64,000 nt of DNA from positions 222,823-286,822 of the forward strand of contig JBBQUR010000002.1 of assembly GCA_038212275.1 (NCBI GenBank), given 5' to 3'. Positions within the stretch are counted from its first letter, which is position 1. Each line of letters opens with the position of its first letter. Both the position numbers and the translations under genes were made by a program. The notes under the pieces are model-generated. The model was not told where the DNA came from, did not search any database, and saw only the letters and a program-made list of their open reading frames with translations. Origin of the DNA: Planctomycetota bacterium. GTDB lineage: Bacteria; Planctomycetota; B15-G4. Positions 36,330 to 46,803 of this stretch are shown here, one piece after another.

Positions 36330-36941
36330 TCACAGCCGCGCATCGCCGTGCTGGCGCAGCACGCGCGCGGCGGCCGCGACGTAACGCGCGCCCGAGCTGA
36401 TCGTCACCACGAAGGTGAGCCAGGTGGCCACGTAGGCAAAGGTGTCCACCACGGAGAAGAGCAGCCGCTGATCGGGCCAGCCCAGGTCCACCGCGCGCTG
36501 GGCGAAGAGGGCCGGGATCACGACGCATTGCAGCACCATCTTGAGCTTGCCGTCCCAGCGCGCGGGAAAGGCGACGCCGCGGGCCTCGATGAAGCCGCGC
36601 AGCCCCGACACCATGAACTCGCGGCTGATGATGAGCACCACCATCCACACCGGCAGCACGGGCCGCGCCCATGGGCAAGCCGTCAGGAAGATGAGCCCGC
36701 CCGACACGATGATCTTGTCCACGACCGGGTCGGCGATGCGGCCAAAATCCGTCTGCAGGCCGAGCTTGCGCGCGTAGTAGCCGTCCAGCGCGTCGGTCGC
36801 GACGGCGAGGATGAAGATGCCGCCCGCGATGGTGGGCTTCCACCACTCGGACGCGGTGTCGGCGTGCGTGAGCTCGAGGAAGGCGAAGAAGAACAACGCC
36901 AGCGCGAAGCGGCCCATCGTGATGCGGTTGGGGAGGTTCAT
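36330..36941 (-). CDS. pgsA: CDP-diacylglycerol--glycerol-3-phosphate 3-phosphatidyltransferase
   Basis: MNLPN.IT..R, TDALDGYYAR...TDFG..ADP..DK, REF.VSGLR, GKLK. Confidence 0.92.
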   Translation of the reverse strand: MNLPNRITMGRFALALFFFAFLELTHADTASEWWKPTIAGGIFILAVATDALDGYYARKLGLQTDFGRIADPVVDKIIVSGGLIFLTACPWARPVLPVWMVVLIISREFMVSGLRGFIEARGVAFPARWDGKLKMVLQCVVIPALFAQRAVDLGWPDQRLLFSVVDTFAYVATWLTFVVTISSGARYVAAAARVLRQHGDARL

Positions 36942-37038
36942 CGCGAGCCGCGGGAGGAGCGGGCACTGTCGCGCGGCCCTGCGCGAGATCGGCCAGCCTC
37001 GCGTCGCGCCTCGCGCTCGGCCTCCGGCGGCACGAGGC

Positions 37039-38772
37039 TCAACGCGAGTCGGCGGCGCCGGACTCGAGCGTCGCGGTGAGGTCGTAGCCCTTGGTGCCGG
37101 TGATGCGCACGGGGATGAGATCGCCGACCTTCACCTCGGCGCTGCCGCGTGCGGGCTTGGCGGGCAACTCGACCAGCACGCGGCCGTCGATCTCCGGCGC
37201 GTCCGTCACCGTGCGGCCGATGGCGAGGCGCCCACTGCCGGCCACGGCGCGCTCGACGCCATCCACCAGCACGGTGTCGCGGCTGCCGTGGCGTGCACGG
37301 TTCTTGGCGACGAGCAGGCCGCGCTGCAGCTCCATGACCTTGGCGCGACGTTCCTCGGCCAGCTCGCGCGGCACGCGGCCGTCCATGCGCCAGGCCTCCG
37401 TGCCCTCTTCCGGCGAGAAGACGAAGCAGCCGACGCGGTCGAAGGACAGCTCGGCCAGCAGGGCCATGAGGTTGTTGAAGGCGGCTTCCGTCTCGCCGGG
37501 AAAGCCGACGAGGATGGTCGTGCGCAGCGTGATGCCGGGGATCGCGTTGCGCAGGTCGGTCACCACTTCGCGGATGCGCTCCGGCGAGCTGCCGCGCCGC
37601 ATGCGCTTCAGCACCGCCTCGTCACCGTGCTGCACGGGCATGTCCAGGTACGGGACGACGTTTGGCACCGCGGCCATGGTCTCGATGAGGTGCTCGTCGA
37701 TGGTGGCCGGGTGGGCGTACATGACGCGCACCCAGGGTTGCGTGGGCAGCTTGCCGAGCGCGCGCAGCAGTTGCGCGAGGCCCAGACCATGGCCGAGGTC
37801 CTTGCCCCAGTCCGTGCTGTCTTCCGCGATGAGCGTCAGCTCGCGCACGCCGAGCGTCGCCAGCGCGGCGGCCTCCTCCACGAGCACCGCCAGCGGCTTG
37901 CTCTTGAGTTTGCCGCGGATCTTCGGGATCGCGCAGAAGGCGCAGATGTGATTGCAGCCCTCGCCGAGGCGCAGGTAGGCGGTGTGCCGCGCCGTGAGCA
38001 GCGCGCGACCGAGGTCGCTGTCGCCCTGCTTGACGAGGCCGCCGGGCAGCTCGATCTCCGTGGTCGGGTAGCCCATGCCGCCTGGCGCGCGCTCGAGGAT
38101 CACGCGCGGCGGCGACGTGCGCGGCGCCGAGGGCGTGGTCTGCGGCGCAGGAGCCCGCACCGGGGCGCGGCCGACCTCGCCGCCGACGCAGACGGTGCTG
38201 GGCGCGTGCCCGAGCAGCGCGTCCACGATGGACGGCACGCCGCTGTAGTCGGAGATGGGCAGGAAGGCGTCCACGCCGGGCAGCTCGGTCTTCAGCTTCG
38301 GCTCGTGAAGCTGCACGAGGCAGCCGGTCACGACGACGCCGCGCAGCTTGCCGCGCCGCTTCAGCTCGGTGTACTTGCGCACCGTGGCCAGGCTTTCCTC
38401 GCGGGCTTCATCGATGAAGCCGCAGGTGTTGATGATGACGACCTCGCTGTCCTCGGGGTTGCCGACCAGCGTGAGGCCCGCGCGGCCGAGGTGGCCGCCC
38501 ATGACCTCGGTGTCCACCAGGGCCTTGCTGCACCCGAGCGAGACGAGGCAGACCGCGCGCGAGGCTGCGTGCGTCGCCGGCGCGGCGGACGCCCGGGACT
38601 TGCCGCGCGGGCGGCCTGTCGCTGGAGCCGCGGCCGACCTGGCACGCGCTGCGGAGGGCTCCGCTGGTGCCGATTTGCCGCGCGCGGCGGGCGCTGCCGG
38701 CTTGCCGGCCGAGGCCGGGCGCGCGGGAGATGGAGCCGGGGAACGGGACGAGGTGCGTGTGCGAGGCGTCAT
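37039..38772 (-). CDS. rimO: Ribosomal protein S12 methylthiotransferase
   Basis: SLGCSK..VD, NTCGFI, VTGC, AYLRL.EGCNHICAFC (radical SAM), C-terminal APEIDG TRAM domain. Confidence 0.92.
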   Translation of the reverse strand: MTPRTRTSSRSPAPSPARPASAGKPAAPAARGKSAPAEPSAARARSAAAPATGRPRGKSRASAAPATHAASRAVCLVSLGCSKALVDTEVMGGHLGRAGLTLVGNPEDSEVVIINTCGFIDEAREESLATVRKYTELKRRGKLRGVVVTGCLVQLHEPKLKTELPGVDAFLPISDYSGVPSIVDALLGHAPSTVCVGGEVGRAPVRAPAPQTTPSAPRTSPPRVILERAPGGMGYPTTEIELPGGLVKQGDSDLGRALLTARHTAYLRLGEGCNHICAFCAIPKIRGKLKSKPLAVLVEEAAALATLGVRELTLIAEDSTDWGKDLGHGLGLAQLLRALGKLPTQPWVRVMYAHPATIDEHLIETMAAVPNVVPYLDMPVQHGDEAVLKRMRRGSSPERIREVVTDLRNAIPGITLRTTILVGFPGETEAAFNNLMALLAELSFDRVGCFVFSPEEGTEAWRMDGRVPRELAEERRAKVMELQRGLLVAKNRARHGSRDTVLVDGVERAVAGSGRLAIGRTVTDAPEIDGRVLVELPAKPARGSAEVKVGDLIPVRITGTKGYDLTATLESGAADSR

Positions 38773-38956
38773 GAGCGGCGAGATTCTAGCCCGCGGCGCC
38801 TGTCTGGCGCCCCGCCAACTTGCCGCACGAAAGCGACAGGCTCTCCCGAGTGCAGGTCCGGCGCATGGCCCCCTCGCCTTGTCCCCCCTCCGAAGCCGGG
38901 GCAGAATGCAGGTCGGGGAGCGCTCGCGGGGCTCCCCACCCCCGGAAAAAGGCCGC

Positions 38957-41515
38957 ATGTCCGTATCCTCTCCCTGGCACCGCCGTCGCACGAGAGCTGG
39001 CCTTCGAGCGGCCGCATCGGTGGTTGCCGGGTGCTTCCTCCTGGCCCCCGCGGCGCCAGCCCACGCGCCGCACGACGTGGTCGGCGAGCTGGCGATGTCG
39101 CCCACCTTCCTGCAGGACCACACGCTCTTCGCGAGCTTCTCGCTCACCGATCACACGCTCTTCGGCCGGTCCACGGACGGCGGCCTGAGCTGGCAGGAAT
39201 ACGGCCTGCCGATGATGGAGCACCCGATCCAGAAGTTCGCGTTCTCGCCGCGCTTCGTGGTGGACGGCATCGCCTTTGCCGCGACGGACGGCGGCGGCAT
39301 CTGGCGCACCGCGGACGCAGGACTGACCTGGGCGCCCATCAACACCGGACTGCCGAGCCTGGTGGTGCGCAGCATCGCGGTCTCGCCCAAGTTCAAGTCG
39401 GACGCCACCCTGATTGCCGCCACCGACCTCGGGTGCGCGCGTTCCTCCAACGGCGGCCTGACGTGGGTCTCGGTCAACACGGGCCTCGTCGAGACGGCCC
39501 TCCGCGTCGTCGATTTCGCCCCGGGGGACAACACCACCGCCTTCATCGGCGGCAAGACGCTGCACGCCTCGAGCGACGGTGGCCTCACCTGGGCGCCGCG
39601 CGTGACCTACCCCAATCTCATGGAGACGCTCGCGGTCTCGCCCAGGTTCGCCCAGGACCACGCGCTCATGCTGGCCTTCGGGCGTTTCGGCACCGGCGCC
39701 CGCTACAGCACGGACGGCGGTCTCAGCTTCAGCGGCTGCAACACGGGCCTGACCGACCAGTTCGTCTACGAGATCGCCATCGCGAACAACGGCACCGTGC
39801 TGGCCGCCACCAAGACCGCAGGTTGTTATCGCGCGTCGGCGCCGGGCTCCCCGTGGAAGCTCACGATCAACGGCTTCGAGGCGCCCTCGGACCTGACGGA
39901 GTTCCACAACACCGAGGCCCTCGTCTCGCCGGGCTTCGGTGCCGACGGCCTGGCTTACATCGGCTCCTACGAAGGCCTCTACGTCACGCACGACGGCGGG
40001 GAAAGCTGGCGGCAGTGCGACGTCTACAACCAGTTCCTCAATCGGCACATCGCCTTCTCGCCGAACTTCGCGCACGATCGCACCGTCTTCTTCGGCAACT
40101 ACGGCGGCGGCGTGCTGCAGTACGGACCTGAGGCGCCCGGGCCCGTGGCCGCCACCGCATCCGGCACGGCGTCCGTCGCGGTCGTGGGACAGCCCACCCC
40201 GGCGGCAGCGGTCTCCGGAGGGGGCGAGCCCCACTCGCTGCAGAGGGCCACGGCCTTCGCTTCCAGCTCGTGGAGAGGGCTCTCCAACAACATCGCGGCG
40301 CTCTACAGCGATGCGCTGGCGGTCTCGCCGGAATTCGCCTCCGACCGCACGCTTTTCTACGGCTACACGGTGCTCAGCCGATCCACCGACGCGGGCGAGC
40401 ACTGGACGCAGCTGCCGAAGCCGTCGGGCGTCACCGTCGTGCGTCGCATCGCGACCTCGCCCGACTTCGCCAACGACCGCACGGTGATCTTCGGCTCGGG
40501 CGGCGAAGGCACCTGGCGCAGCCTCGACGGCGGCGACAGCTTCTCGCAGCTGCAGCTCGGCCTGCCGGCCGCCTTCTCGACGAGCAGCATCGACTTCTCG
40601 CCCGACTTCGCCGCGGACGGCACCATCTTCCTCGCGTCGCGCAATCTGGGCGTCTACCGCAGCACCGACCGCGGGCACAGCTGGACGCCCGCCAACGCCG
40701 GAATGTCCAACCTCATGGTGCGCTGCTTCGCCGTCTCGCCGGATTTCGCGGCGGACCGGACGGCCTTCGCGGGGACCGTCGGCAGCGGCGTCTTCATCAC
40801 GCACGACGCCGGCGTGTCGTGGTCGCCCACCGATGCGGGGCTTCCCGGAACCAGCGGACCGGCTGCCGGCCCGCTCATCATCGAGAGCATCGTGCTTTCG
40901 CCCGCCTTCGCGACGGACCGCACGGCGCTGCTCGCCACGCTGAACGACAGCGTCTTCCGCTCCGTGGACGGCGGCAACTCGTGGGCCCCGGCCTCCGCGG
41001 GCATGCCGCGCGACTCGGTGCGCACGCTGGAGATCTCGCCGGACTTCGCGCACGACCAGCGGGTCCTGGCCGGCACTTACGGCTGGACCTGGGAGACGAC
41101 CGACGCCGGCGCCACGTGGAGCCGCCTCCCCGGCGGACTGCGCGTGGACGAGTCGGCCGCCACCGTGTATCGCTCCGACGACTGGACCAAGATCGGCGGC
41201 ACGAACAACAACGGCGGCTCGGTACGCGTGTCGCTCGGCGCCGGCGCCTGGGAGGAGCTGCAGTTCTTCGGCGACCGCATCGTGTGGTTCGCCAACACCG
41301 GCAAACTCTCCGGCATCGCCCGGGTGAGCATCGACGGACTCCCGCCCCAGCGGGTTGACCTCTACGGGCCGACGCTCAAGACGCAGCAGCCGGTGTTCGA
41401 GCAGAGCTTCGAGACCCCCGGCTGGCACGTGATCCGCGTGACCAACACAGGCGAGTCGAACCCGGATGCGAAGTTCGGCGCCGTGAACTCCGACGGCTAC
41501 TTCTACTCGTTCTGA
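38957..41515 (+). CDS. Secreted BNR/YCF48-like beta-propeller protein with C-terminal beta-sandwich
   Basis: Signal peptide (APAHA); many SxDGGxTW Asp-box and SPxFAxDxT repeats; C-terminal F.G..I.W....G.A.V.IDG domain. Confidence 0.8.
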   Translation: MSVSSPWHRRRTRAGLRAAASVVAGCFLLAPAAPAHAPHDVVGELAMSPTFLQDHTLFASFSLTDHTLFGRSTDGGLSWQEYGLPMMEHPIQKFAFSPRFVVDGIAFAATDGGGIWRTADAGLTWAPINTGLPSLVVRSIAVSPKFKSDATLIAATDLGCARSSNGGLTWVSVNTGLVETALRVVDFAPGDNTTAFIGGKTLHASSDGGLTWAPRVTYPNLMETLAVSPRFAQDHALMLAFGRFGTGARYSTDGGLSFSGCNTGLTDQFVYEIAIANNGTVLAATKTAGCYRASAPGSPWKLTINGFEAPSDLTEFHNTEALVSPGFGADGLAYIGSYEGLYVTHDGGESWRQCDVYNQFLNRHIAFSPNFAHDRTVFFGNYGGGVLQYGPEAPGPVAATASGTASVAVVGQPTPAAAVSGGGEPHSLQRATAFASSSWRGLSNNIAALYSDALAVSPEFASDRTLFYGYTVLSRSTDAGEHWTQLPKPSGVTVVRRIATSPDFANDRTVIFGSGGEGTWRSLDGGDSFSQLQLGLPAAFSTSSIDFSPDFAADGTIFLASRNLGVYRSTDRGHSWTPANAGMSNLMVRCFAVSPDFAADRTAFAGTVGSGVFITHDAGVSWSPTDAGLPGTSGPAAGPLIIESIVLSPAFATDRTALLATLNDSVFRSVDGGNSWAPASAGMPRDSVRTLEISPDFAHDQRVLAGTYGWTWETTDAGATWSRLPGGLRVDESAATVYRSDDWTKIGGTNNNGGSVRVSLGAGAWEELQFFGDRIVWFANTGKLSGIARVSIDGLPPQRVDLYGPTLKTQQPVFEQSFETPGWHVIRVTNTGESNPDAKFGAVNSDGYFYSF

Positions 41516-41578
41516 GCCCGCGGGGCCGCAGCGCGGCTGCGTCGCACGCGAGCCGCACCGCAAGGCTGCCGTGGTGCG

Positions 41579-44500
41579 TCAGGCCTCGGCGTCGTCGTCC
41601 GCGTCGAGGGTGCCGTCGTCTTCGGAGGGGGCGACCTCGTGCGCCACGCTGCCCGACGCGCGGGGCCCGCGGCCCGAGTCGTCGTCGTCGCTGCCGCGTG
41701 CATCGGGCTTGAGCGCGATCCAGTCCTGCAGCGTCATGGTGAGCTCGCGCGCCTGGCTGCCCTTGTATTCGCCGAGCACGCCTTCCTCGGCCATCATGTC
41801 GATGAGCCGGCTGGCGCGCGTGTAGCCGATCGCGAACTTGCGCTGCAGCAGCGAGGCGGAGCCGCGCTCGGTGGAGAAGACGAAGCGCACGGCCGCGTCG
41901 TAGAGCTCGTCCTCGCTGTCCGGGTCGCGCGCGTTCTCGGAGCGGCGCTGCACGAGGTCGGGCTCGTAGGCGTGGCCCGAGACCGTCTTCACCTCGTTCA
42001 TGATGCGCTGCACTTCCTCTTCGCTGAGGTAGGTGCCCTGGCCGCGCACGAGCGCCGAGCTGGCCGGCGACATCATGAGCAGGTCGCCCTCGCCGAGGAG
42101 CTGCTCGGCGCCGTTCTCGTCGAGGATGACGCGCGAGTCGATCTTGCTGCTCACCATGAAGGCGATGCGCGTCGGCAGGTTGGCCTTGATGAGGCCCGTG
42201 ATGACGTTGGTGGACGGCCGCTGCGTCGCGACGATGAGGTGGATGCCCACCGCGCGGCTCTTGGCGGCGAGGCGCGTGATGGAGGTCTCGACCTCCTTGG
42301 CCGAGGTCATCATGAGGTCGGCCAGCTCGTCGATGACGATGACGATGAAGGGCAGGAAGCGCGGGAAGTCCGGGTCATCGGCGCGCTCTCCGAAGTGCGC
42401 CCGCAGGCCCTCGACGCCCAGCTTGTTGTAGCTGTAGATGTTGCGCACGCCGGCCTGCGAGAGGAGCTTGTAGCGCTCCTCCATCTTCATGATGGCCCAC
42501 TCGAGAATGCCCGGCGCGCGCTTCATGTCCGAGATGACCGGGCACGCCAGGTGCGGCGCGTTGGCGAACTGCGTGAGCTCCACCATCTTCGGGTCGATGA
42601 GGATGAGCTTGAGCTGCTCCGGCGAGCGCGTGTAGAGGAAGGACACGAGGATGGAGTTCAGGCACACCGACTTGCCCGAGCCGGTGGCGCCCGCGACGAG
42701 CAGGTGCGGCATGCGCGCCAGGTCCACCACCATCGGGCGGCCCGACGCGTCGCGTCCCAGGAAGATCGGCAGGGCATACTTGCCCTCCATGTATTCCCGC
42801 GAGTGCAGCAGCGGCTTCATCCGCACGGTTTCGCGCAGCGGGTTGGGCACCTCGATGCCGATCGTGTTCTTGCCGGGAATCGGCGCCACGATGCGCACGC
42901 TGCGGGCGCGCAGCGCGATGGCCAGGTCGTCCTCGAGCGAGCGCACCTTCTCGACCTTGATGCCCGGCGCCAGCTCCATCTCGAACATCGAGATGACCGG
43001 CCCCTTCTGGATCTCCACGACGCGCGCCTCGACCTTGAAGGACTCGAGCGTGCGCTCCAGCGTTGCGGTCTTGTTGGCAAGCAGCGCGTCCAGCTCGACC
43101 TGGTCGACGGACTCCTGTTCGTCGAGCAGCTCGTCGCCGGGGAATTTGTAGGGGCCGGCGATGGCCGCCGCCGCGGCGGGGTTCACGGCAGTCTCGCCGT
43201 AGAGCGTCTTCTGCACCGGCTGCTCGTCCGCCGGCCGACGCACGCGCGGCATCGGGCGCGCCGTGGCGCCTGCGCCGGACGCGGCGGGTCCCGCCGTGCC
43301 AGGACCCGCGGCGACATCGCCGGCTTCGGCAGCCACCGCGTCGCCCGGATCAGGCATCGCGACACCTGCCGGCTTGCCCGGCCTTCCGGCCGGTGTGGCC
43401 GGTGCCGTCGAGGCGGCCGGTGCGGCCTCGCCTCTGGGGCCCGCGCCGCTCTGCATCGAGTGGATCTTCGGTGCGCTCGCCGCCGGACCCGCGTCGGACT
43501 TGCCGGCAGTCTCGCCCTTCGTGCCGGCGCCGGCCTTGTCGCCGGCGCGCGCGCCGTCGGAGCTCCGCTCGGAGCGTCCCGCTTCCCTGGCAGCTGCTTC
43601 CTTCGCAGCCGCGTCTCTGGCGGCCGACTCCCTGGCTGCGGCTTCCCGAGCCGGCGCATCTTTGCCGGCGCCGTCGCGCGTCGCTGTGCCGGACTTTCCC
43701 GGCGCGGTCGGCGCGGTCGGCGTGGCGACGGCTGCGGCTGGCGCGCCGGAGCGCGCGCGACGCGCGGCGCCCGCGGCGCCCGCCGTGTCCGGAATGCTCG
43801 CGCCCGGCAGGCCCTCGAGCACCTTGAACGGCGACAGGTCCGCGCTGGAACCCAGCGGCCGCGCCTCACCCACCTCGGGCACGTCGTCCATGACGGGCGT
43901 CGAGCTGACCGTCGCGCGACGCGCGCGCAACCAGCCCAGCGTGCGCATGACGTGGGTGTAGTAGACGATGTCCGTCGCGAGCACGAAGGTCATCAGCGTG
44001 AGCACGATGAGCGCGATGCGCGTGCCCGCCAGGCCGAGGCCCGCCACGTCGCGAAGCTGGTGGTTGATGTACTCGCCCACCGTGCCGCCCGACGGGAAGT
44101 GTCCCGACAGGCCGCCGAGGAAGTGCGCCAGCAGGCCCGACAGCGCCACGAGGCACAGCACCAGCCCCATGAAGCGGATGCTGAAGGACTCCGGCTGCAG
44201 GCGCGCGAAGAGCGTCCCGCCCCAGAGCCCCAGGCACAGCACGAGCAGGTAGGCCGCGTAGCCGAAGGAGCCGAGCAGGAAAGTGCCGAACCACTCGCCC
44301 GTGGGGCCGCAGAGGTTGGAGTCGCCGTAGGCCGAGCCGCAGGCCAGCAGAAGAAAGAGCGTGAAGCCCAGCAGCGCCAGCGCGCCCATTTCGCGCAGCC
44401 GGTGGCGCGCGGCCTCGGACATCGGAGCGCGCGGCTCGGCCGGCGCCGCCTTGTCGCGAGCACCGCGATCCGCGGCACCGGAGCGCGAGCCGCCGGCCTT

Positions 44501-44653
44501 GCCGCCGCGCCCGGCCGGGCGCCCGGCGCCGCGCGCCGTCAGCCCTGCGGCCGACGCGGCCAGCGAGGCCTTCGCCTGATGGCCGATGCGCTGAACCAGT
44601 CGCTTGCTCGCCAGCAGCGATGCCGCCGCCTTCGCCTTCTTGCCCCGTGCCAT
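41579..44653 (-). CDS. ftsK: DNA translocase FtsK/SpoIIIE
   Basis: N-terminal TM block, low-complexity linker, GATGSGKS, IDELADLM, TQRPS, gamma domain SASLLQRKFAIGY.RA.RLID. Confidence 0.95.
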   Translation of the reverse strand: MARGKKAKAAASLLASKRLVQRIGHQAKASLAASAAGLTARGAGRPAGRGGKAGGSRSGAADRGARDKAAPAEPRAPMSEAARHRLREMGALALLGFTLFLLLACGSAYGDSNLCGPTGEWFGTFLLGSFGYAAYLLVLCLGLWGGTLFARLQPESFSIRFMGLVLCLVALSGLLAHFLGGLSGHFPSGGTVGEYINHQLRDVAGLGLAGTRIALIVLTLMTFVLATDIVYYTHVMRTLGWLRARRATVSSTPVMDDVPEVGEARPLGSSADLSPFKVLEGLPGASIPDTAGAAGAARRARSGAPAAAVATPTAPTAPGKSGTATRDGAGKDAPAREAAARESAARDAAAKEAAAREAGRSERSSDGARAGDKAGAGTKGETAGKSDAGPAASAPKIHSMQSGAGPRGEAAPAASTAPATPAGRPGKPAGVAMPDPGDAVAAEAGDVAAGPGTAGPAASGAGATARPMPRVRRPADEQPVQKTLYGETAVNPAAAAAIAGPYKFPGDELLDEQESVDQVELDALLANKTATLERTLESFKVEARVVEIQKGPVISMFEMELAPGIKVEKVRSLEDDLAIALRARSVRIVAPIPGKNTIGIEVPNPLRETVRMKPLLHSREYMEGKYALPIFLGRDASGRPMVVDLARMPHLLVAGATGSGKSVCLNSILVSFLYTRSPEQLKLILIDPKMVELTQFANAPHLACPVISDMKRAPGILEWAIMKMEERYKLLSQAGVRNIYSYNKLGVEGLRAHFGERADDPDFPRFLPFIVIVIDELADLMMTSAKEVETSITRLAAKSRAVGIHLIVATQRPSTNVITGLIKANLPTRIAFMVSSKIDSRVILDENGAEQLLGEGDLLMMSPASSALVRGQGTYLSEEEVQRIMNEVKTVSGHAYEPDLVQRRSENARDPDSEDELYDAAVRFVFSTERGSASLLQRKFAIGYTRASRLIDMMAEEGVLGEYKGSQARELTMTLQDWIALKPDARGSDDDDSGRGPRASGSVAHEVAPSEDDGTLDADDDAEA

Positions 44654-44755
44654 GCCGCCTCACCGCCTGTTGCCGTCGTCGCTTCCCGGGCATCGCGGCC
44701 GCAGCGCGCCGCGATCGCTCAAGACCGGACTCTCCGGCCGCCGAGAAAGGACATC

Positions 44756-45940
44756 GTGGCGACCCTGCAGATGCTCATCAATCTCTTTCCAGTGGAGACG
44801 GGCGGCATCCAGGCGGCGGCCGCCCTGCTGCTGGCTGCCGTCGCGCTCGTCGTGGGCAGCACGAGCTTCGTGTTCTGGAGGCGCGCGAGCCGGCGTCGCA
44901 CGGCCACGGAACTTGCGCTGGCGCACGGACTCTCGGCGCGCTCGGCGCAGTGCTTCGCCACGATGTTCCAGCACGAGAGCGCGGGCACGGCCGAATCGCT
45001 GCTCACGGCGCCCGACCTGCTGACCAAGCGGCTGGTGCTTGCCATCGCACGCCAGCCGGGGCGGGAGGCCGCACTGGCCGTCGCGGCCGACGCCGCACGC
45101 CTGCTCGACGAGCTGGGCCTGCGCACGCCGGCTTTCGACGGCGCGCCGCTGCCGTGCGAGCCGTTCGTCATCAGCGACCCCACCGAACCCTCGGGGCCCG
45201 CTGTCCTGGTCTTCGTCGGCGCGGCCGACGAGAAGAACCTCATCGTGGTGAGCCCCTTCCCCTGCCCGTGGCCGCTGCGCCGCAATCTGCTGGCCACGCC
45301 GCAGCCGCTGCCCGGTCTCGGCACGACAAGCGGTGCGCCGCTCGCGAATTCGAACGGCACCGCGGAGCCCGAGGCCCCGCCAGGCCGCATGGCCTTCGAG
45401 GCCGCGCTGCTGCTGCGCCCGATGCCGCCGCTGAACGAGTGGGTCTTCACCCACGCGCTGGTCGAGACCATCACCAACCGCCGCGCGACGGTGCGCGTGC
45501 CGTGCCGGATCGAGACCGTCACGCTGCCCGACAGCGGCGACCCGCTGCTGCTGCGCCAGCGCCTGCAGCGCGAGGAAAGCGTGCGCTTCGGCGAGTTGCA
45601 GTCGTCCCGAGCCTGGAGCCAGCGACTGACCGTCACGGTGGTGGACATCTCCGCCGACGGCGCGCGCCTGGTTCTCGATCAGCCGCTGGCCAAGCACCAG
45701 CGCCTGCACCTGGTGCTCGCGCGCGCCGACGACTCGCTCCTCGCGCTGCCGCTGGCCGAGGTCGTGGACGTGCGCCGCGACGACGGCGGCGGCACGATCG
45801 CCGGCGTGCGCTTCATCGGCGTGCGCATGAAGGAGCGCCTTTGCCTCGCCGACTACGTGCGCGCCCTGGCCCGCCCCGCCATCAGCGCCGCGCGGAGGTT
45901 GCCCCGCGGGCCGGAGCGACGGCGCGGGCCGGAGCCGTAA
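44756..45940 (+). CDS. PilZ-domain protein with N-terminal TM segment
   Basis: RRATVR (RxxxR) and DISADG (DxSxxG) c-di-GMP-binding motifs; GTG start with AAGGA RBS. Confidence 0.75.
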   Translation: MATLQMLINLFPVETGGIQAAAALLLAAVALVVGSTSFVFWRRASRRRTATELALAHGLSARSAQCFATMFQHESAGTAESLLTAPDLLTKRLVLAIARQPGREAALAVAADAARLLDELGLRTPAFDGAPLPCEPFVISDPTEPSGPAVLVFVGAADEKNLIVVSPFPCPWPLRRNLLATPQPLPGLGTTSGAPLANSNGTAEPEAPPGRMAFEAALLLRPMPPLNEWVFTHALVETITNRRATVRVPCRIETVTLPDSGDPLLLRQRLQREESVRFGELQSSRAWSQRLTVTVVDISADGARLVLDQPLAKHQRLHLVLARADDSLLALPLAEVVDVRRDDGGGTIAGVRFIGVRMKERLCLADYVRALARPAISAARRLPRGPERRRGPEP

Positions 45941-45950
45941 TGCCGCCAGC

Positions 45951-46226
45951 TCACGGCGCGGTGAGTTGCACCGCCGTGATCGCGCCCGCGGAGACCGTCA
46001 CCGACTCCGGGCCAGCGGCCAGTTCAGCGTCCTCCCCGCCGGCGCGGTGCTGCATGAGCCGCACGACGTAGCGTCCTGGAAGCAGCGCCTGGAGCATGGT
46101 CTCCTTCGCCTCCCGCTCGGCGCCGGACAGAATCGTCCGCAGCGCGGGAAAGGCTAGCAGCCAGCGCGGAGCCGTGTCATGTCCCGATGCTCCGAGCGCG
46201 CCCTCGTTGCGATTCTGAGATCGCAA
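45951..46226 (-). pseudogene. Possible C-terminal fragment of a carboxypeptidase-regulatory/Cna-B-like beta-sandwich protein
   Basis: LLPGRYVVRL...VTVSAGAITAVQL pattern with no plausible N-terminus; abuts the TA insertion. Confidence 0.3.
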
Positions 46227-46364
46227 CAGTTGAGCGACACATCGGGCACGCCATCAGCCGTAACGATCGAGGACTCGCCCCGTCCTTCTCCTCGCGGACC
46301 AACGAACGGGGAGGTGCTAGACTTCATGGGCGCAAGAACGATCAGCGCGCGGACCGACAGTTTC

Positions 46365-46577
46365 ATGGCGCAGGAATACGACGTCCTCATCGAGCGGGAC
46401 CAGGACGGCACCCTGGTCGCTTCGGTGCCGGCGCTGCCCGGCTGCCACACGCAGGCTCACTCGCTCGATGACCTCATGGAGCGCGTGAAGGAAGCGATCA
46501 CGCTTTGCCTCGAGGAACGCGGACAGCCCCCCGACAACCTTGTCTTCGTCGGCATCCAGCGCGTCCGCGTCTCGTGA
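46365..46577 (+). CDS. hicB: HicB-family antitoxin (short form)
   Basis: YDVLIERDQDG..VASVPALPGCHTQA..LDDL.E..KEAI.L.LE. Confidence 0.9.
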   Translation: MAQEYDVLIERDQDGTLVASVPALPGCHTQAHSLDDLMERVKEAITLCLEERGQPPDNLVFVGIQRVRVS

Positions 46578-46795
46578 ACCCGCGAGCGCCGCGACCTGGC
46601 GGTCGCGAGGTCATCGTCATTCTGGAGCGGCGCGGATTCACGGTCGTGCGCGTCCGCGGGTCGCACCACATCCTGCGTCACGCAGATGGCCGCATGACCG
46701 TGGTTCCGGTGCATCGAGGCGAGACGATCGGCCCCGGGCTGCTCGCAAAGATCCTGCGCGATGCCCGCATGACCCATGCAGACCTCTCCGACTGA
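46574..46795 (+). CDS. hicA: HicA-family toxin
   Basis: GREV..IL.RRGF...R.RGSH..LRH.DGR.TVVPVH..E.I.PGLL.KIL; GTGA overlap with hicB. Confidence 0.88.
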   Translation: MNPRAPRPGGREVIVILERRGFTVVRVRGSHHILRHADGRMTVVPVHRGETIGPGLLAKILRDARMTHADLSD

Positions 46796-46803
46796 GAACG
46801 TCG

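Noticed and set aside
44715-44750. sigma28-like promoter (TCAAG...GCCGAGAA) upstream of the PilZ gene
   Set aside because: Spacing does not fit the 15-nt consensus, and there is no flagellar context in the window.
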